Made by a program: the position numbers and the translations under genes
Assembly: GCA_021414225.1 (NCBI GenBank)
Contig: JAIOOX010000002.1
Location: 161,118 to 225,117, forward strand
DNA: 64,000 nt
Source: Candidatus Vogelbacteria bacterium
Lineage (GTDB): Bacteria; Patescibacteriota; Minisyncoccia; Phycocordibacterales; XYD1-FULL-46-19
Reading direction: 5' to 3'
Part shown: piece by piece, positions 10,489 through 21,074 of the stretch
How the letters are laid out: every line of letters starts with the position of its first letter
Numbering within the stretch: position 1 is the first letter of the stretch
Notes under the pieces: generated by a model
Database searches by the model: none
Seen by the model: only the letters and a program-made list of their open reading frames with translations
What the model was told of the DNA's origin: nothing

Positions 10489-11526
10489 ATGGAGTCACCT
10501 TTACCTGTGGGTAGTATTATTCCCGAATCACCTGAGACTGGTTTAAATGAAGAACCAGCTTTTTTAGCTTGGATTCCAAGATGGATTCATATTCTAACTG
10601 GAGTGGTGGTGGCCAGTACTCTTTTGTCTGGTGTCATTTACTATGTTTTGCTATCTCCTCCAGAAGATTTTGAAACTGGTGGTTATGTTCGGATTGCTAA
10701 AGGTTCTACTATTCCAGACACTGCTCAATATCTTTTCGATCGATCTTTTATTCGGTCAAGGACGGTTTTTAAGATTTTAATGCGCTCGCCGTTGGCTGAT
10801 AATAAAATGGTGGCTGGTGATTATTTGTTTGATAAACCACTCTCTACTATTAGTATTACCAAACGTTTAGCCAATGGTGATTTTAATTTAAAACAGTTTA
10901 AGGTCACTATCCCAGAAGGGGTAACTGTTAAAGTGATTGCTGATATTTTAGCTGATAATGTTTCTAACTTTAATAAAACAGTATTTTATAACCTAGCCTC
11001 ATCATCTGAAGGTTATTTGTTTCCAGATACTTATTTCATCTCTCCTTTAGCTAATGAGAGTGAGATTATGCAGATGATGAGGAGTAATTTTTTCAGTAAG
11101 ACAACATCACTACGACCTACTATTTTACTGTCAGCTCGAGGCGAAAAAGAAATAATCACCATGGCTTCTTTGGTTGAATTGGAAGCCTCTAAATTTGAAG
11201 ATCAAAAAATGGTAGCTGGTATTTTGTGGAATCGGTTTGATATTGGTATGCGGTTACAAGTAGACGCTGTTTTTCCTTATATTATTGGCAAAAATACTTT
11301 TCAAGTAACCACCAAGGACCTCCAATTTGATTCTCCTTACAACACTTACAAATACAAAGGTTTACCACCGGGGCCAATTGGTAATCCTGGTCTACAATCT
11401 ATCAAGGCGGTGTTGAATCCTACCCCATCTGATTATATTTATTACCTCTCTGATCTAGAAGGAAATTTTCATTATGCGAAAACCCACGAAGAACACGTAA
11501 AAAACAAAGCAAAGTATTTACGTTAG
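10489..11526 (+). CDS. mltG: Endolytic transglycosylase MltG
   Basis: TM, VTIPEG, EGYLFPDTY, MASLVELE, LQVDA, SPYNTY..GLPPGPIGNPG. Confidence 0.95.
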   Translation: MESPLPVGSIIPESPETGLNEEPAFLAWIPRWIHILTGVVVASTLLSGVIYYVLLSPPEDFETGGYVRIAKGSTIPDTAQYLFDRSFIRSRTVFKILMRSPLADNKMVAGDYLFDKPLSTISITKRLANGDFNLKQFKVTIPEGVTVKVIADILADNVSNFNKTVFYNLASSSEGYLFPDTYFISPLANESEIMQMMRSNFFSKTTSLRPTILLSARGEKEIITMASLVELEASKFEDQKMVAGILWNRFDIGMRLQVDAVFPYIIGKNTFQVTTKDLQFDSPYNTYKYKGLPPGPIGNPGLQSIKAVLNPTPSDYIYYLSDLEGNFHYAKTHEEHVKNKAKYLR

Positions 11527-11594
11527 TTTGGTCTCAAGATGACTTTTTGTTATGATAAGCAAGTTATTTTTTTAAATTTTTATTTTTAATCTAG

Positions 11595-12146
11595 ATGAAA
11601 AAACACAATTTAGCTTTTGTTGATGTGGAAACGACCGGAACCGATCCATTTAAGCATGAAATAATTGAAATCGCCGGCATTATTGCTCGCCAAGTACCAC
11701 AACCAGACCGTGGGGCCAAACTAGAAATAATCGAGGAGTTTGAATTTAAAATAAAACCAGAACATCTCGAGGTGGCTGAACCTCAGGCTTTGCGGATTAA
11801 TGGTTATACGGACGCTGATTGGTTATTTGCACCGAGCTTGAAAGAAGTGATGACCGCCTTATCTCCTAAACTAAAAGATACTGTTATAGTTGGTCAAAAT
11901 GTAAATTTCGACTGGAACTTTGTTAACCAAGGCTTTCTAAAATCAGATTTACCGAACCCGATGCATTATCATAAAATCGATATCATGCCGATTTTCTTCG
12001 CTCGGACTTACCATGATCCTAAAGTGCAATGGTTTAATCTGGGCTCAATTACCGAATATTTTGGCCTCAAAAATGACAAAGCTCATACCGCTTTAGCTGA
12101 TATTAGAGTCACTTACGAAATTTATAAAAAGCTTTTAAATGTCTAG
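11595..12146 (+). CDS. DEDDh 3'-5' exonuclease (DnaQ-like)
   Basis: FVDVETTG, QNVNFD, AHTALAD. Confidence 0.9.
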   Translation: MKKHNLAFVDVETTGTDPFKHEIIEIAGIIARQVPQPDRGAKLEIIEEFEFKIKPEHLEVAEPQALRINGYTDADWLFAPSLKEVMTALSPKLKDTVIVGQNVNFDWNFVNQGFLKSDLPNPMHYHKIDIMPIFFARTYHDPKVQWFNLGSITEYFGLKNDKAHTALADIRVTYEIYKKLLNV

Positions 12147-12179
12147 TCAGTTTACTTTTGGTGGGTTAGTATAGCCAAC

Positions 12180-13256
12180 ATGTCCCAAAAAGTCTTTATT
12201 GGACTAAGTGGAGGAGTAGACTCCTCGGTTTCAGCTTGCCTTCTAAAACAAGCTGGTTTTGATGTGGTAGGGGTCTTTATTAAAGTTTGGGAACCACCAG
12301 CTGAATTGTTGCCGGTTGGTTGTTCTTGGCGAGATGATAGGCGAGATGCGATGCGAGTCGCCGCCCTTTTAGATATTCCTTTTTTGTCTTTGGATTTAGA
12401 AACAGAATACAAGCAGGATGTGGTTGATTATATGATTGCTGAATATCAGGCCGGACGAACACCAAACCCTGATGTCATGTGTAATCGTCAAATTAAATTT
12501 GGTGCTTTTTATAATTGGGCTCGGGAGCAAGGGGCGGACTTTGTGGCCACTGGTCATTATGCTCAAGTGCAAAAAAATAAAGATAATATTTTTGAATTAC
12601 ACATGGGAGTTGATCAAAATAAGGATCAAAGTTATTTTTTATGGACTTTATCTCAAGCAGTTTTGTCTCACACCATGTTTCCGATTGGACACTTAGAAAA
12701 ACCAAAGGTGCGAGAATTAGCAGGAAAGTTTAAATTGCCAAACGCTGACAAAAAAGACAGTCAGGGTCTATGTTTCGTTGGCCAAATTGATGCCAAAGAA
12801 TTTTTACAAGAATTTATTGATCTTAAACCAGGACAGGTGGCTAACGAAGCTGGTGAAATAATTGGTACTCACGACGGAGTGATGTTTTATACCTTAGGTC
12901 AGCGCCAAGGATTTACGATTACCAAAAAAACTCCAAATGACGAACCTTATTTTGTGGTTGGCAAAAATGTAACAGAAAATATCCTGATTGTATCTCATCA
13001 GAAACTAAGCGGAGAGACAACTAATAATCAAGTGAGTTTGAAAGAAGTTAATTGGAACACTAACCAGGCTCCTGATATAGGAAAAACTTACCAAGTTCGT
13101 GGTCGCTATCGGCAAGCCCTTAAACCAGGTCATTTAAGTTCTCAAAATGACCTCTGGCAAGCTCGGGTTGATAATCTGGTTGAACCATTAACTCCTGGCC
13201 AGTCTTTGGTTGTCTATTCTGATACTCAATGCCTCGGTGGGGGGATTATTGACTGA
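12180..13256 (+). CDS. mnmA: tRNA-specific 2-thiouridylase MnmA
   Basis: SGGVDSSV, TPNPDVMCN, ATGHYA, KDQSYFL, DSQGLCF. Confidence 0.97.
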   Translation: MSQKVFIGLSGGVDSSVSACLLKQAGFDVVGVFIKVWEPPAELLPVGCSWRDDRRDAMRVAALLDIPFLSLDLETEYKQDVVDYMIAEYQAGRTPNPDVMCNRQIKFGAFYNWAREQGADFVATGHYAQVQKNKDNIFELHMGVDQNKDQSYFLWTLSQAVLSHTMFPIGHLEKPKVRELAGKFKLPNADKKDSQGLCFVGQIDAKEFLQEFIDLKPGQVANEAGEIIGTHDGVMFYTLGQRQGFTITKKTPNDEPYFVVGKNVTENILIVSHQKLSGETTNNQVSLKEVNWNTNQAPDIGKTYQVRGRYRQALKPGHLSSQNDLWQARVDNLVEPLTPGQSLVVYSDTQCLGGGIID

Positions 13257-13293
13257 TAAAATAATTTTGGGTAAGCTACTCGAGGAGGTTTTT

Positions 13294-13452
13294 ATGGCCA
13301 ATAAGCTTAAAGACAAGAAATTTAAACAGCATAAACGGAAACAGAAGAAAGAGAGGAAAAAAAGAGAAGTAGACCGTCAGGACCGGGGTACCAAAAGGGA
13401 CCGTCGGTCCTTTTTGTTTTTTAGTCATATTTTTGTTAGGATTCCCATATGA
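13294..13452 (+). CDS. Small Lys/Arg-rich ORF overlapping the alaS start
   Basis: Strong GAGGAGG RBS; MANKLKDKKFKQHKRKQKK...; ATGA overlap with alaS. Confidence 0.4.
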   Translation: MANKLKDKKFKQHKRKQKKERKKREVDRQDRGTKRDRRSFLFFSHIFVRIPI

Positions 13453-15185
13453 CTAGTAACGAAATACGCCAAAGATTTTTAGATTTTTTTGCCAGACGGG
13501 AACACGTCATTTTACCTTCAGCACCTCTAGTGCCAGAAAATGATCCGTCGGTTCTTTTTAATACAGCTGGGATGCAACCCCTAGTTCCTTATTTACTTGG
13601 CCAACCACACCCCCAGGGTGTTCGCCTGGTAAACGCTCAAAAATGTGTCAGGACTGTTGATATTGATGATATTGGTGATAATACTCATGCTACTTTTTTT
13701 GAGATGCTAGGTAACTGGTCATTAGGTGATTATTTTAAAGAAGAGGCAATCGAGTGGAGTTATAAGTTTTTGACCAATGAAGAAGAAGGTTTGGGTCTCG
13801 ATCCTAATCGTTTGTATGTCACAGTGTTTGAAGGTGATGATAATGCTCCGCGTGATCTTGAGGCGGTAGAGATTTGGAAAAAATATATTCCTGAAAACAG
13901 AATTTACTTTCTAGGCGTCAAGGATAACTGGTGGAGTCCTGGTGACAATGGTCCTTGTGGTCCGGATACTGAAATGTTTTACGATTTAACCCCCGAAGGA
14001 CTAGGGGATTTAACTCATGAGCAATTTGTTGAGGCTAATGATACTCAAAAAGTGGTGGAGATCTGGAATAACGTTTTCATGGAATATGAGAAAAAAGAGG
14101 GGAAAGTGATAGGTAAGTTAGCTAAGAAAAACGTTGATACTGGTTCTGGTTTGGAGCGAATTACAGCTGTAGTTCAAGGTAAAAATAATATTTTTGATAT
14201 TGATGTGTTTGAGCCAATCTTTGCCAAGATTCATGAATTAAGTAATACCTCAAATACAACCGCTGAAAGAATTGTAGCCGACCACCTTAGGACAGCTGTT
14301 TTCTTGATCAGTGACGGTGTTTCGCCATCGAATACAGATCAGGGTTATATTTTGAGACGTTTAATTCGTCGGGCGGTTCGTTATGCTGATAGTTTAGGAA
14401 TTACAGGTAATTTGGTTGATATCGTAGAAGTGATTCAAGATAAATATAAAGATATTTATCCAAATGTAATTGAAGAAAAAATAAAAACTATTTTCCAGGA
14501 GGAAGAGGTCAAATTCAGATCCACCTTAGAAAAAGGATTAAAAGAATTCGACCGAGGTCTTGATCCATTCACTTTATTTACCTCTTATGGTTTCCCTTTT
14601 GAATTAACTAAAGAATTAGCTAAAGAAAAAGGAATTATTATTGATGAGGAAGCCTTTAAAACTCAAATGAAGGAGCATCAGGATTTGTCTCGAGCCGGAG
14701 CTGAGCAGAAATTCAAAGGGGGATTAGCTGATCATTCTGAACAAACTATCAAATATCACACCGCCACTCACCTTCTCAACCAGGCTTTGCACGATGTTTT
14801 GGGCGATCATGTTGATCAAAAGGGTAGTAATATCACCACCGAACGTTTACGTTTCGATTTTTCTCACACTGCCAAAATGACCCCCGAAGAAATCGCCCAA
14901 GTAGAACAGCTAGTTAATGACAAAATTAAAGCTGATTTACCAGTCCAGTCTGTGGTTCTACCAAAAGCCGAAGCCGAAAAAACAGGTGCTCGTCATGCTT
15001 TTGCTGATAAATATGGTGATGAAGTAAATATTTATTTTATTGGTGACACTCTTGAGTCAGCTTACTCCAAAGAATTTTGTGGCGGACCTCACGTTGAACA
15101 CACTGGCACCCTCGGTGTATTTAAAATTGTTAAAGAAGAAGCAGTAGCAGCTGGTATTCGTCGCATCAAAGCAGTTTTGCAGTAA
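13449..15185 (+). CDS. alaS: Alanine--tRNA ligase, short form lacking the C-Ala domain
   Basis: LFNTAGM, FFEMLGNWS, DTGSGLER, HTATHLL, EFCGGPHV; ends right after the editing domain (GIRRIKA). Confidence 0.96.
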   Translation: MTSNEIRQRFLDFFARREHVILPSAPLVPENDPSVLFNTAGMQPLVPYLLGQPHPQGVRLVNAQKCVRTVDIDDIGDNTHATFFEMLGNWSLGDYFKEEAIEWSYKFLTNEEEGLGLDPNRLYVTVFEGDDNAPRDLEAVEIWKKYIPENRIYFLGVKDNWWSPGDNGPCGPDTEMFYDLTPEGLGDLTHEQFVEANDTQKVVEIWNNVFMEYEKKEGKVIGKLAKKNVDTGSGLERITAVVQGKNNIFDIDVFEPIFAKIHELSNTSNTTAERIVADHLRTAVFLISDGVSPSNTDQGYILRRLIRRAVRYADSLGITGNLVDIVEVIQDKYKDIYPNVIEEKIKTIFQEEEVKFRSTLEKGLKEFDRGLDPFTLFTSYGFPFELTKELAKEKGIIIDEEAFKTQMKEHQDLSRAGAEQKFKGGLADHSEQTIKYHTATHLLNQALHDVLGDHVDQKGSNITTERLRFDFSHTAKMTPEEIAQVEQLVNDKIKADLPVQSVVLPKAEAEKTGARHAFADKYGDEVNIYFIGDTLESAYSKEFCGGPHVEHTGTLGVFKIVKEEAVAAGIRRIKAVLQ

Positions 15186-15235
15186 TTCACTGTCTACTTT
15201 TTGTCACCTCGTGATATAATCCTTGATAAATAATC

Positions 15236-16417
15236 ATGGGTTTATTTCCTTTTACACGAAAAAATAATTATATTGGTATTTTAGATATCAGTGGTGATAA
15301 AGTTAGCGCTTCTTTGGTTTTTATTGGACCAAAAAATACTCTACCGTGCGTTCAGGTAAAATTTACTACTCACACACCGATTGTTTATGGCAATCCAGCC
15401 AGCCTCAAACGCTATTTAAAAAGTATCAGTGATGGAATAGATCAAGTATTAGCCAAAACTGTTAAAGACCAATCAATTATTCCTGATCGCTGGTTTTGTT
15501 TTTTGCCGTCTATTTTAACTAACAACAAAACCACTACTTTAACCTACGAGGATGAAAAAGAATTTATCGTAACGACTAAGATGGTTCAGGGAATGGTCTC
15601 CAAACAGGCAAAAGATTGGCTGGATAGCAACAATACTCTATACACTGACCTACCAACTGACCAAAATATTTTACTTGAGAGTCACATTTTAGAAATAAAA
15701 CTCAATGGTTATAAAGTTATAGATTACCCTAAAAAGAAAGCTACTAAATTAGAGCTAGAAGTCTATACTAGTGCCGGCTCTAAACAGATTTTAGATATGA
15801 TTAAAAACAAAATGGCCAACTATACTCACGGTCGGGATATTTTCTTGGCGACCAGTGTTCTCTCGCAGTATCAGACTTTGGCTGAAATTATGCCGGACGA
15901 AACAGATTATCTCTTAATTGATCCCAGTGGAGAGTTGTGTGATGTTTTATTCGTTTCGGGAGGGGTATTTAAAGACCACGTCTCATTTCCCCTAGGGAAA
16001 AACATCCTAACCCGTAGTAACCAGTTGGATGATGTTGGTTTTAATGATCGTTTTTCGACCTTACGTTTATACGCCGAAAATAAACTAACCAAAAGTGAAG
16101 TTGGCAAACTGGAACAGAAATTAAGTGAATTGGAAAAAAGTTGGCAGAAATTATTTAGTCACAGCTTAAAACACTTAGCAGAAAACGGTTTTATTCCTAA
16201 TAAGGTATTTATTTTAGCGGATGATCCAGTAGCTAAAATTTTTGCTATGTGGATAAATAAAATCGGGTTTGAAGAGTGCAATTTAGCTAGAAAACCTCTA
16301 ACCGCTAATTTATTAACCCCCGCCACCCTGGCTAATTTTTGTGACTTATCAGCCACCAAAAAAGAAGATCTGACTTTAGCCTTTGGGGCCTTGTTTGCTC
16401 GCCGTTTTGTCCAGTGA
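15236..16417 (+). CDS. Divergent FtsA/PilM-like actin-fold protein
   Basis: ILDISG at the N-terminus, LNGY, LIDPSGELCDV, SFPLG. Confidence 0.6.
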   Translation: MGLFPFTRKNNYIGILDISGDKVSASLVFIGPKNTLPCVQVKFTTHTPIVYGNPASLKRYLKSISDGIDQVLAKTVKDQSIIPDRWFCFLPSILTNNKTTTLTYEDEKEFIVTTKMVQGMVSKQAKDWLDSNNTLYTDLPTDQNILLESHILEIKLNGYKVIDYPKKKATKLELEVYTSAGSKQILDMIKNKMANYTHGRDIFLATSVLSQYQTLAEIMPDETDYLLIDPSGELCDVLFVSGGVFKDHVSFPLGKNILTRSNQLDDVGFNDRFSTLRLYAENKLTKSEVGKLEQKLSELEKSWQKLFSHSLKHLAENGFIPNKVFILADDPVAKIFAMWINKIGFEECNLARKPLTANLLTPATLANFCDLSATKKEDLTLAFGALFARRFVQ

Positions 16418-16449
16418 TATACTTATTAGTATAAATTTCTTTATAAATT

Positions 16450-17736
16450 ATGGATGATATTAACAACAAAAGAAGTTTGCGTGAGGTTCTACCCAAACAT
16501 GGGCAAGAATCAGCTTCTTCTCACTTAGAAATTAAACCAATGTTTACTATTCCAGAACCTAATCCAATCACCAACAAAACTCCTAGACGAACAGGAGTAC
16601 CGGTTAAGAGTATGATTATCTCCTTAGCTCTTGTTTTGGTTGTAATTTTTGGAATTATCGTATCAACCACTTTTGCTAAAGCGGTTATTAATATCACTCC
16701 GCGTCAGGCAGATGTGGTTTTGGATGGCAGTACTGTTTTTCAAACAAAAAGTTTAGCGGCTGAAGATAGTGATTTGGTTTTCGGTACAGTAAATAAGGAT
16801 TTCGTAGAAACAAAACTTGTTCAAGCTACCGGTGAAAAAGATATCTCCGAAAAGGCTCAAGGTACTATTATTATCTACAACGCTTTTGATGATAAGCCAG
16901 CCAAGTTGGTAGCCACCACTAGATTCGAAACAGCTAATGGCAAAATTTATCGGATTAAAGACGCGGTAACTATTCCTGGTATGAAAGGAACCACACCTGG
17001 TTCTGTAGAAGCGGTTGTTTATGCTGACAAGGCGGGTAGTGAGTACAATATTGCCCTGTCTGACTTTACCGTTCCCGGCTTGAAGAGTGATGCGGCTCGT
17101 TTTAATAAAGTTTACGCTCGATCAAAAACACCAATGACTGGTGGTTTCGTTGGTAAAACCAAGATCATCTCTGAAGCTGATCGAAAAACAGCGGAAGCTG
17201 AATTGAAAGACGCTTTGACTAAAAAGTCTGGGTCAATTGCTTTAGATATACCTTCTGATCAGATCTTACTTCCTGATGGAAATCTGACTTCTTTTAGTCC
17301 TTTAAAGGTGGAGTCAGCAACATCTAGTAATCAGGCCTTATTATCTTTAAAAATGACCAACACCGGTATCTTACTTAAGAGGGCTGATTTGGCTAAATTT
17401 TTAGCGCAAAAATATGTCCCAGAATACAAGGGTGACCCTGTGGATATCGACGCCATAAATGACCTAACTTTCAAATTAGAGAACAAAACTCAACTCAATC
17501 CTACTAGCTTAAATACCATCTCTTTTACTATCACTGGCAAGGCTCGTTTAGTTTGGACTTTCGACGAAAATAATTTCAAAGAAAGTGTAAAAGGCCTTTC
17601 AAAATCAACATATTCTGAGAAGTTGGCTGGCTTCCCAGCAATTCAAAAATCTTCCATTTCTTTCCGTCCACCGTGGATATTTAGCATCCCGTCAGACATT
17701 AATAAGATTGAGATTAAGAAGGAGTTAGCTAAATAG
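16450..17736 (+). CDS. Membrane-anchored baseplate-J-like domain protein (host gene)
   Basis: TM, KAQGTIIIYN, TRFET, VYADKAGSEYN, MTGG; follows the FtsA-like gene as is typical in CPR. Confidence 0.65.
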   Translation: MDDINNKRSLREVLPKHGQESASSHLEIKPMFTIPEPNPITNKTPRRTGVPVKSMIISLALVLVVIFGIIVSTTFAKAVINITPRQADVVLDGSTVFQTKSLAAEDSDLVFGTVNKDFVETKLVQATGEKDISEKAQGTIIIYNAFDDKPAKLVATTRFETANGKIYRIKDAVTIPGMKGTTPGSVEAVVYADKAGSEYNIALSDFTVPGLKSDAARFNKVYARSKTPMTGGFVGKTKIISEADRKTAEAELKDALTKKSGSIALDIPSDQILLPDGNLTSFSPLKVESATSSNQALLSLKMTNTGILLKRADLAKFLAQKYVPEYKGDPVDIDAINDLTFKLENKTQLNPTSLNTISFTITGKARLVWTFDENNFKESVKGLSKSTYSEKLAGFPAIQKSSISFRPPWIFSIPSDINKIEIKKELAK

Positions 17737-17794
17737 CCATATTTTGCTTGACTTTTATAGGTTTAATTTGCTAATATAGCCCGGGTACCAATCA

Positions 17795-18028
17795 ATGGAA
17801 GATAACAAAAATAAAACCTCGCCTGAGGGCGAGAATAGTGTTGTTTCTGGAGTGGTCACAGAGGCCTTACCTAATACTCATTTTCGAGTTCAAGTAGGTG
17901 ATCAAAACATCCTCACTTATTTAGCTGGTAAGATGCGGTTGCATCGAATCAGAGTTCTAGTGGGAGACAAAGTAGAAATTCTACTTGATCCTTATGGTGG
18001 TAAAGGCCGAATTATTAGGAGGCTATAA
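17795..18028 (+). CDS. infA: Translation initiation factor IF-1
   Basis: [24 protein letters not shown]. Confidence 0.95.
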   Translation: MEDNKNKTSPEGENSVVSGVVTEALPNTHFRVQVGDQNILTYLAGKMRLHRIRVLVGDKVEILLDPYGGKGRIIRRL

Positions 18029-18060
18029 AAAGTTTAAATTCGGGCTCCAATTTTATTTTC

Positions 18061-18177
18061 ATGAAAGTTAGGTCAACAATTAAAAAGCGCTGTCCGCAAT
18101 GTAAAATGGTCAAAAGACGTGGCCATCTTTACGTTATTTGTAAAAACAAACCGCGACATAAACAAAAACAAGCTTAA
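18061..18177 (+). CDS. rpmJ: 50S ribosomal protein L36
   Basis: Translated by hand: [38 protein letters not shown]. Confidence 0.96.
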   Translation: MKVRSTIKKRCPQCKMVKRRGHLYVICKNKPRHKQKQA

Positions 18178-18179
18178 AT

Positions 18180-18560
18180 ATGCGTATTGCTGGTATTACA
18201 CTTCCTAATAACAAACGTTTAGAGATTGCTTTAACAGCTGTCTATGGTATTGGTCGTCCTTTAGCTCAAAAGATTTTACAAGACAACAAGATTGATCTTG
18301 GTAAGAAACCTGAGGCTTTAACTCCTGATGAAGAAAATCTAATTCGTCGATCAGTTGAAGTATTAAAAATTGAAGGTGACTTGAAAAGAGAGGTGGCTGG
18401 CAATATCAAGCGTCTAAAAGATATCAAAGCTTACCGAGGTACTCGTCACTCTCGTGGCTTGCCTTCACGTGGTCAACGAACCAAAACCAACTCTAGAACT
18501 CGCCGTGGTAACGTTCGTAAGACGATGGGTTCTGGTAGAAAAGCCACTGATAAGAAATAG
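18180..18560 (+). CDS. rpsM: 30S ribosomal protein S13
   Basis: RIAGI, YGIG, YRG.RH..GLP.RGQRTKTNSRT. Confidence 0.97.
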   Translation: MRIAGITLPNNKRLEIALTAVYGIGRPLAQKILQDNKIDLGKKPEALTPDEENLIRRSVEVLKIEGDLKREVAGNIKRLKDIKAYRGTRHSRGLPSRGQRTKTNSRTRRGNVRKTMGSGRKATDKK

Positions 18561-18597
18561 TTCAACCAGCTCACTATAAATAACTTACATCAATAAC

Positions 18598-19023
18598 ATG
18601 GGAAAAAAACGAGTAATTAAAAAGGGAGGCCAAGACGACTTACGTAGTCGTGGAGCTGGTCGGGCCAACAAAAAGAAACTAGATCACGGTATCTTGTTTG
18701 TTAATGCTACCTACAACAACACTATGATGTCTGTAGCTGACGGTCGAGGTAATATCTTTCTAGCCTCCTCAGCTGGTGCGCTTGGTTTTTCTGGTTCTAA
18801 AAAGGGTACCCCTTATGCCGCTGGTAAAGTGGGTGAGTTTTTAGCAGAAAAAGCTGAAGCAATGGGTTTGAAAGAGATTGACGTGATAGTTAAAGGAGTT
18901 GGAGCTGGTCGAGAGTCTTCAATCCGAGCGTTTGTGGCTAGGGGAGTTAATATTAGTTCCATTAAGGACGCTACTCCAGTGCCCTTCAATGGCCCAAAAG
19001 CACCTAAGCCACGTCGCGTTTAA
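18598..19023 (+). CDS. rpsK: 30S ribosomal protein S11
   Basis: ATYNNT, GFSGSKKGTPYAA, GAGRESS, DATPVPFNG. Confidence 0.97.
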   Translation: MGKKRVIKKGGQDDLRSRGAGRANKKKLDHGILFVNATYNNTMMSVADGRGNIFLASSAGALGFSGSKKGTPYAAGKVGEFLAEKAEAMGLKEIDVIVKGVGAGRESSIRAFVARGVNISSIKDATPVPFNGPKAPKPRRV

Positions 19024-19061
19024 AATACCAAAGTTACTAATTTCAATAAACATTTAATACC

Positions 19062-19673
19062 ATGCGCGTAGGTCCAAAATACAAAATTGCTCGTCGACTA
19101 GGTGAAAGAGTTTTTCCAAAGACTCAGACCACTAAATTTACTGTTTCTGGTTCTGATAAAAAACCTAAAGGTAAACGAGGTCGCGGTTCAATGAGTGAAT
19201 ATGGTTCTCAATTGATTGAGAAACAAAAAGCTCGCTACACTTATGGTATTACAGAAAAACAGTTTTCTGGCTATATTAAAAAAGCTCGAATTAAGAAAGG
19301 TAACCCAGCTGATGAGATTTTCAAATCTTTAGAAACCAGATTGGATAATGTGGTTTTCCGCATGGGCTTAGCTAGTTCTCGTGCTGCTGCTCGTCAAATG
19401 GTCTCTCATGGCCATATTTTGCTCAACAACCGACGTTTGACTATCCCGTCAGCTATCGTCCGTATTGGAGATATTGTAACTGTTAGACCTCAAAGTAAAG
19501 ATAAACCACTATTTAACGAATTGGATGAAAGACTTAAGACTTACACCGTACCAACCTGGATTAGTTTTGATACAGATAAACGAGAAGCGACGATTAAAGC
19601 CTTACCAACAGTCAGTCAAGGTGAGATTAATCTGAATTTCGGTAAGATCTTGGAGTTCTATAGTCGGGTCTAA
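19062..19673 (+). CDS. rpsD: 30S ribosomal protein S4
   Basis: SEYGSQLIEKQK, LETRLDNVVFR, ARQMVSHGH. Confidence 0.97.
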   Translation: MRVGPKYKIARRLGERVFPKTQTTKFTVSGSDKKPKGKRGRGSMSEYGSQLIEKQKARYTYGITEKQFSGYIKKARIKKGNPADEIFKSLETRLDNVVFRMGLASSRAAARQMVSHGHILLNNRRLTIPSAIVRIGDIVTVRPQSKDKPLFNELDERLKTYTVPTWISFDTDKREATIKALPTVSQGEINLNFGKILEFYSRV

Positions 19674-19720
19674 TTATTTTAAAAAGTCACCAAGCGTTAT
19701 TAGAGTTTAATTTTATAACC

Positions 19721-20692
19721 ATGCCAGAATTCAACATCATTTTACCATCAAAACCAATCATCGTTTCAGAAAACGATAAACTTGGTGTTTACGAAATCGA
19801 AGGTTTATATCCAGGTTACGGTCATACTTTGGGTAATTCATTACGCCGAATTGTTTTGTCATCTCTACCTGGTTTTGCTGTTACTGCCGTTAAAATAGAC
19901 GGGGTAGCTCATGAATTTTCAACTATCAATGGTGTGAAAGAAGATGTTATTGCTATCATCCTTAACTTGAAAAAAGTTCGCTTCAAAGTAGTTGGAGATG
20001 AACCAGTTACTCTTCGTCTAAAAGTGACTGGACCAAAAGAAATTACTGCTGGTTTGATTGAAGCCCCTGGTAATGTGGAAATTGTTAATCCTGATCATTA
20101 TATTTGTAATTTGACAGACAAAAACGTTACTCTAGATATTGAGCTAACTATTGAAAAGGGTCTTGGTTATGTACCAAAAGAAACTCTTCAAAACGACAAA
20201 GTAGATATCGGTATGATTGCTTTGGATGCTATCTTTACTCCAATTCGTCGTGTTAGTTATGAGGTTGAACCAATGCGTGTTGGTGACCGAACTGACTACA
20301 ACAAACTTCGAATGACAATCGAAACCAATGGCGACATCACTCCTCGTGAAGCTCTAGAGAAATCTATCACTATCATGATTCACCAACTGAAAGCAGTTGT
20401 TGGCTTTAAAGAAGATGTTGATACTGTTGAAATGCCTCACCAAAGTGATTTGGAGGCAGTACCTAATGAGGATGGAGACTCAGCTAACGACGACGACGTT
20501 CTTAAAACCAGAATCGAAGACCTGGATCTATCTGTTAGAACTCTTAAAGCTCTATCCACAGCCAGTATCCGAACAGTAGGTGGCTTATCTCGTAAAAAAG
20601 AAGATGATTTATTAGAGATTCCTGGCTTAGGAGACAAAGGGGTGCAGGAAATCAAGCGATCATTGAGTAATTTTGGAATTGTGCTAAAGTAA
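19721..20692 (+). CDS. rpoA: RNA polymerase alpha subunit
   Basis: GYGHTLGNSLRR, HEFSTI.GVKED, DAIFTPI, alpha-CTD. Confidence 0.97.
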   Translation: MPEFNIILPSKPIIVSENDKLGVYEIEGLYPGYGHTLGNSLRRIVLSSLPGFAVTAVKIDGVAHEFSTINGVKEDVIAIILNLKKVRFKVVGDEPVTLRLKVTGPKEITAGLIEAPGNVEIVNPDHYICNLTDKNVTLDIELTIEKGLGYVPKETLQNDKVDIGMIALDAIFTPIRRVSYEVEPMRVGDRTDYNKLRMTIETNGDITPREALEKSITIMIHQLKAVVGFKEDVDTVEMPHQSDLEAVPNEDGDSANDDDVLKTRIEDLDLSVRTLKALSTASIRTVGGLSRKKEDDLLEIPGLGDKGVQEIKRSLSNFGIVLK

Positions 20693-20713
20693 TGAGGCTT
20701 TTAAATTAAGATT

Positions 20714-21064
20714 ATGAGACACCACGTAACAATCAAAAAATTAGGCCGAGAGCGAAAAGTTCGTTCTTCTTTGATGCGCAGTCTGGCTGAAGGCTTGATT
20801 TTACGTGGTAAAATCAAGACCACAGAAACCAAAGCCAAGGCTTTGCGACCTTATGTGGAGAAATTGGTGACTATTGCCAAGAAAAATACCGTCACTGCCC
20901 GTCGTCTGATAATCTCTCGTCTAGGAACTGAAAAACGAGCCGCTAAATTAGTTGACGATATTGCTCCTAAGTACAAAGACCGTAATGGTGGCTATACTAG
21001 AGTAATCAAATTGCCAGCTAGAGCAGGGGATGCTAGTCCAATGGCTTTTATCGAATTTGTATAA
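20714..21064 (+). CDS. rplQ: 50S ribosomal protein L17
   Basis: MRH, IKTTETKAK, RNGGYTRVIK. Confidence 0.97.
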   Translation: MRHHVTIKKLGRERKVRSSLMRSLAEGLILRGKIKTTETKAKALRPYVEKLVTIAKKNTVTARRLIISRLGTEKRAAKLVDDIAPKYKDRNGGYTRVIKLPARAGDASPMAFIEFV

Positions 21065-21074
21065 TTTATTGACC

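Noticed and set aside
13449-15185. alaS as a pseudogene
   Set aside because: Catalytic and editing motifs are intact; the short form without C-Ala is typical of reduced genomes
16450-17736. Baseplate-J-like gene as evidence of a second prophage
   Set aside because: Membrane-anchored, set among housekeeping genes, and without phage neighbours
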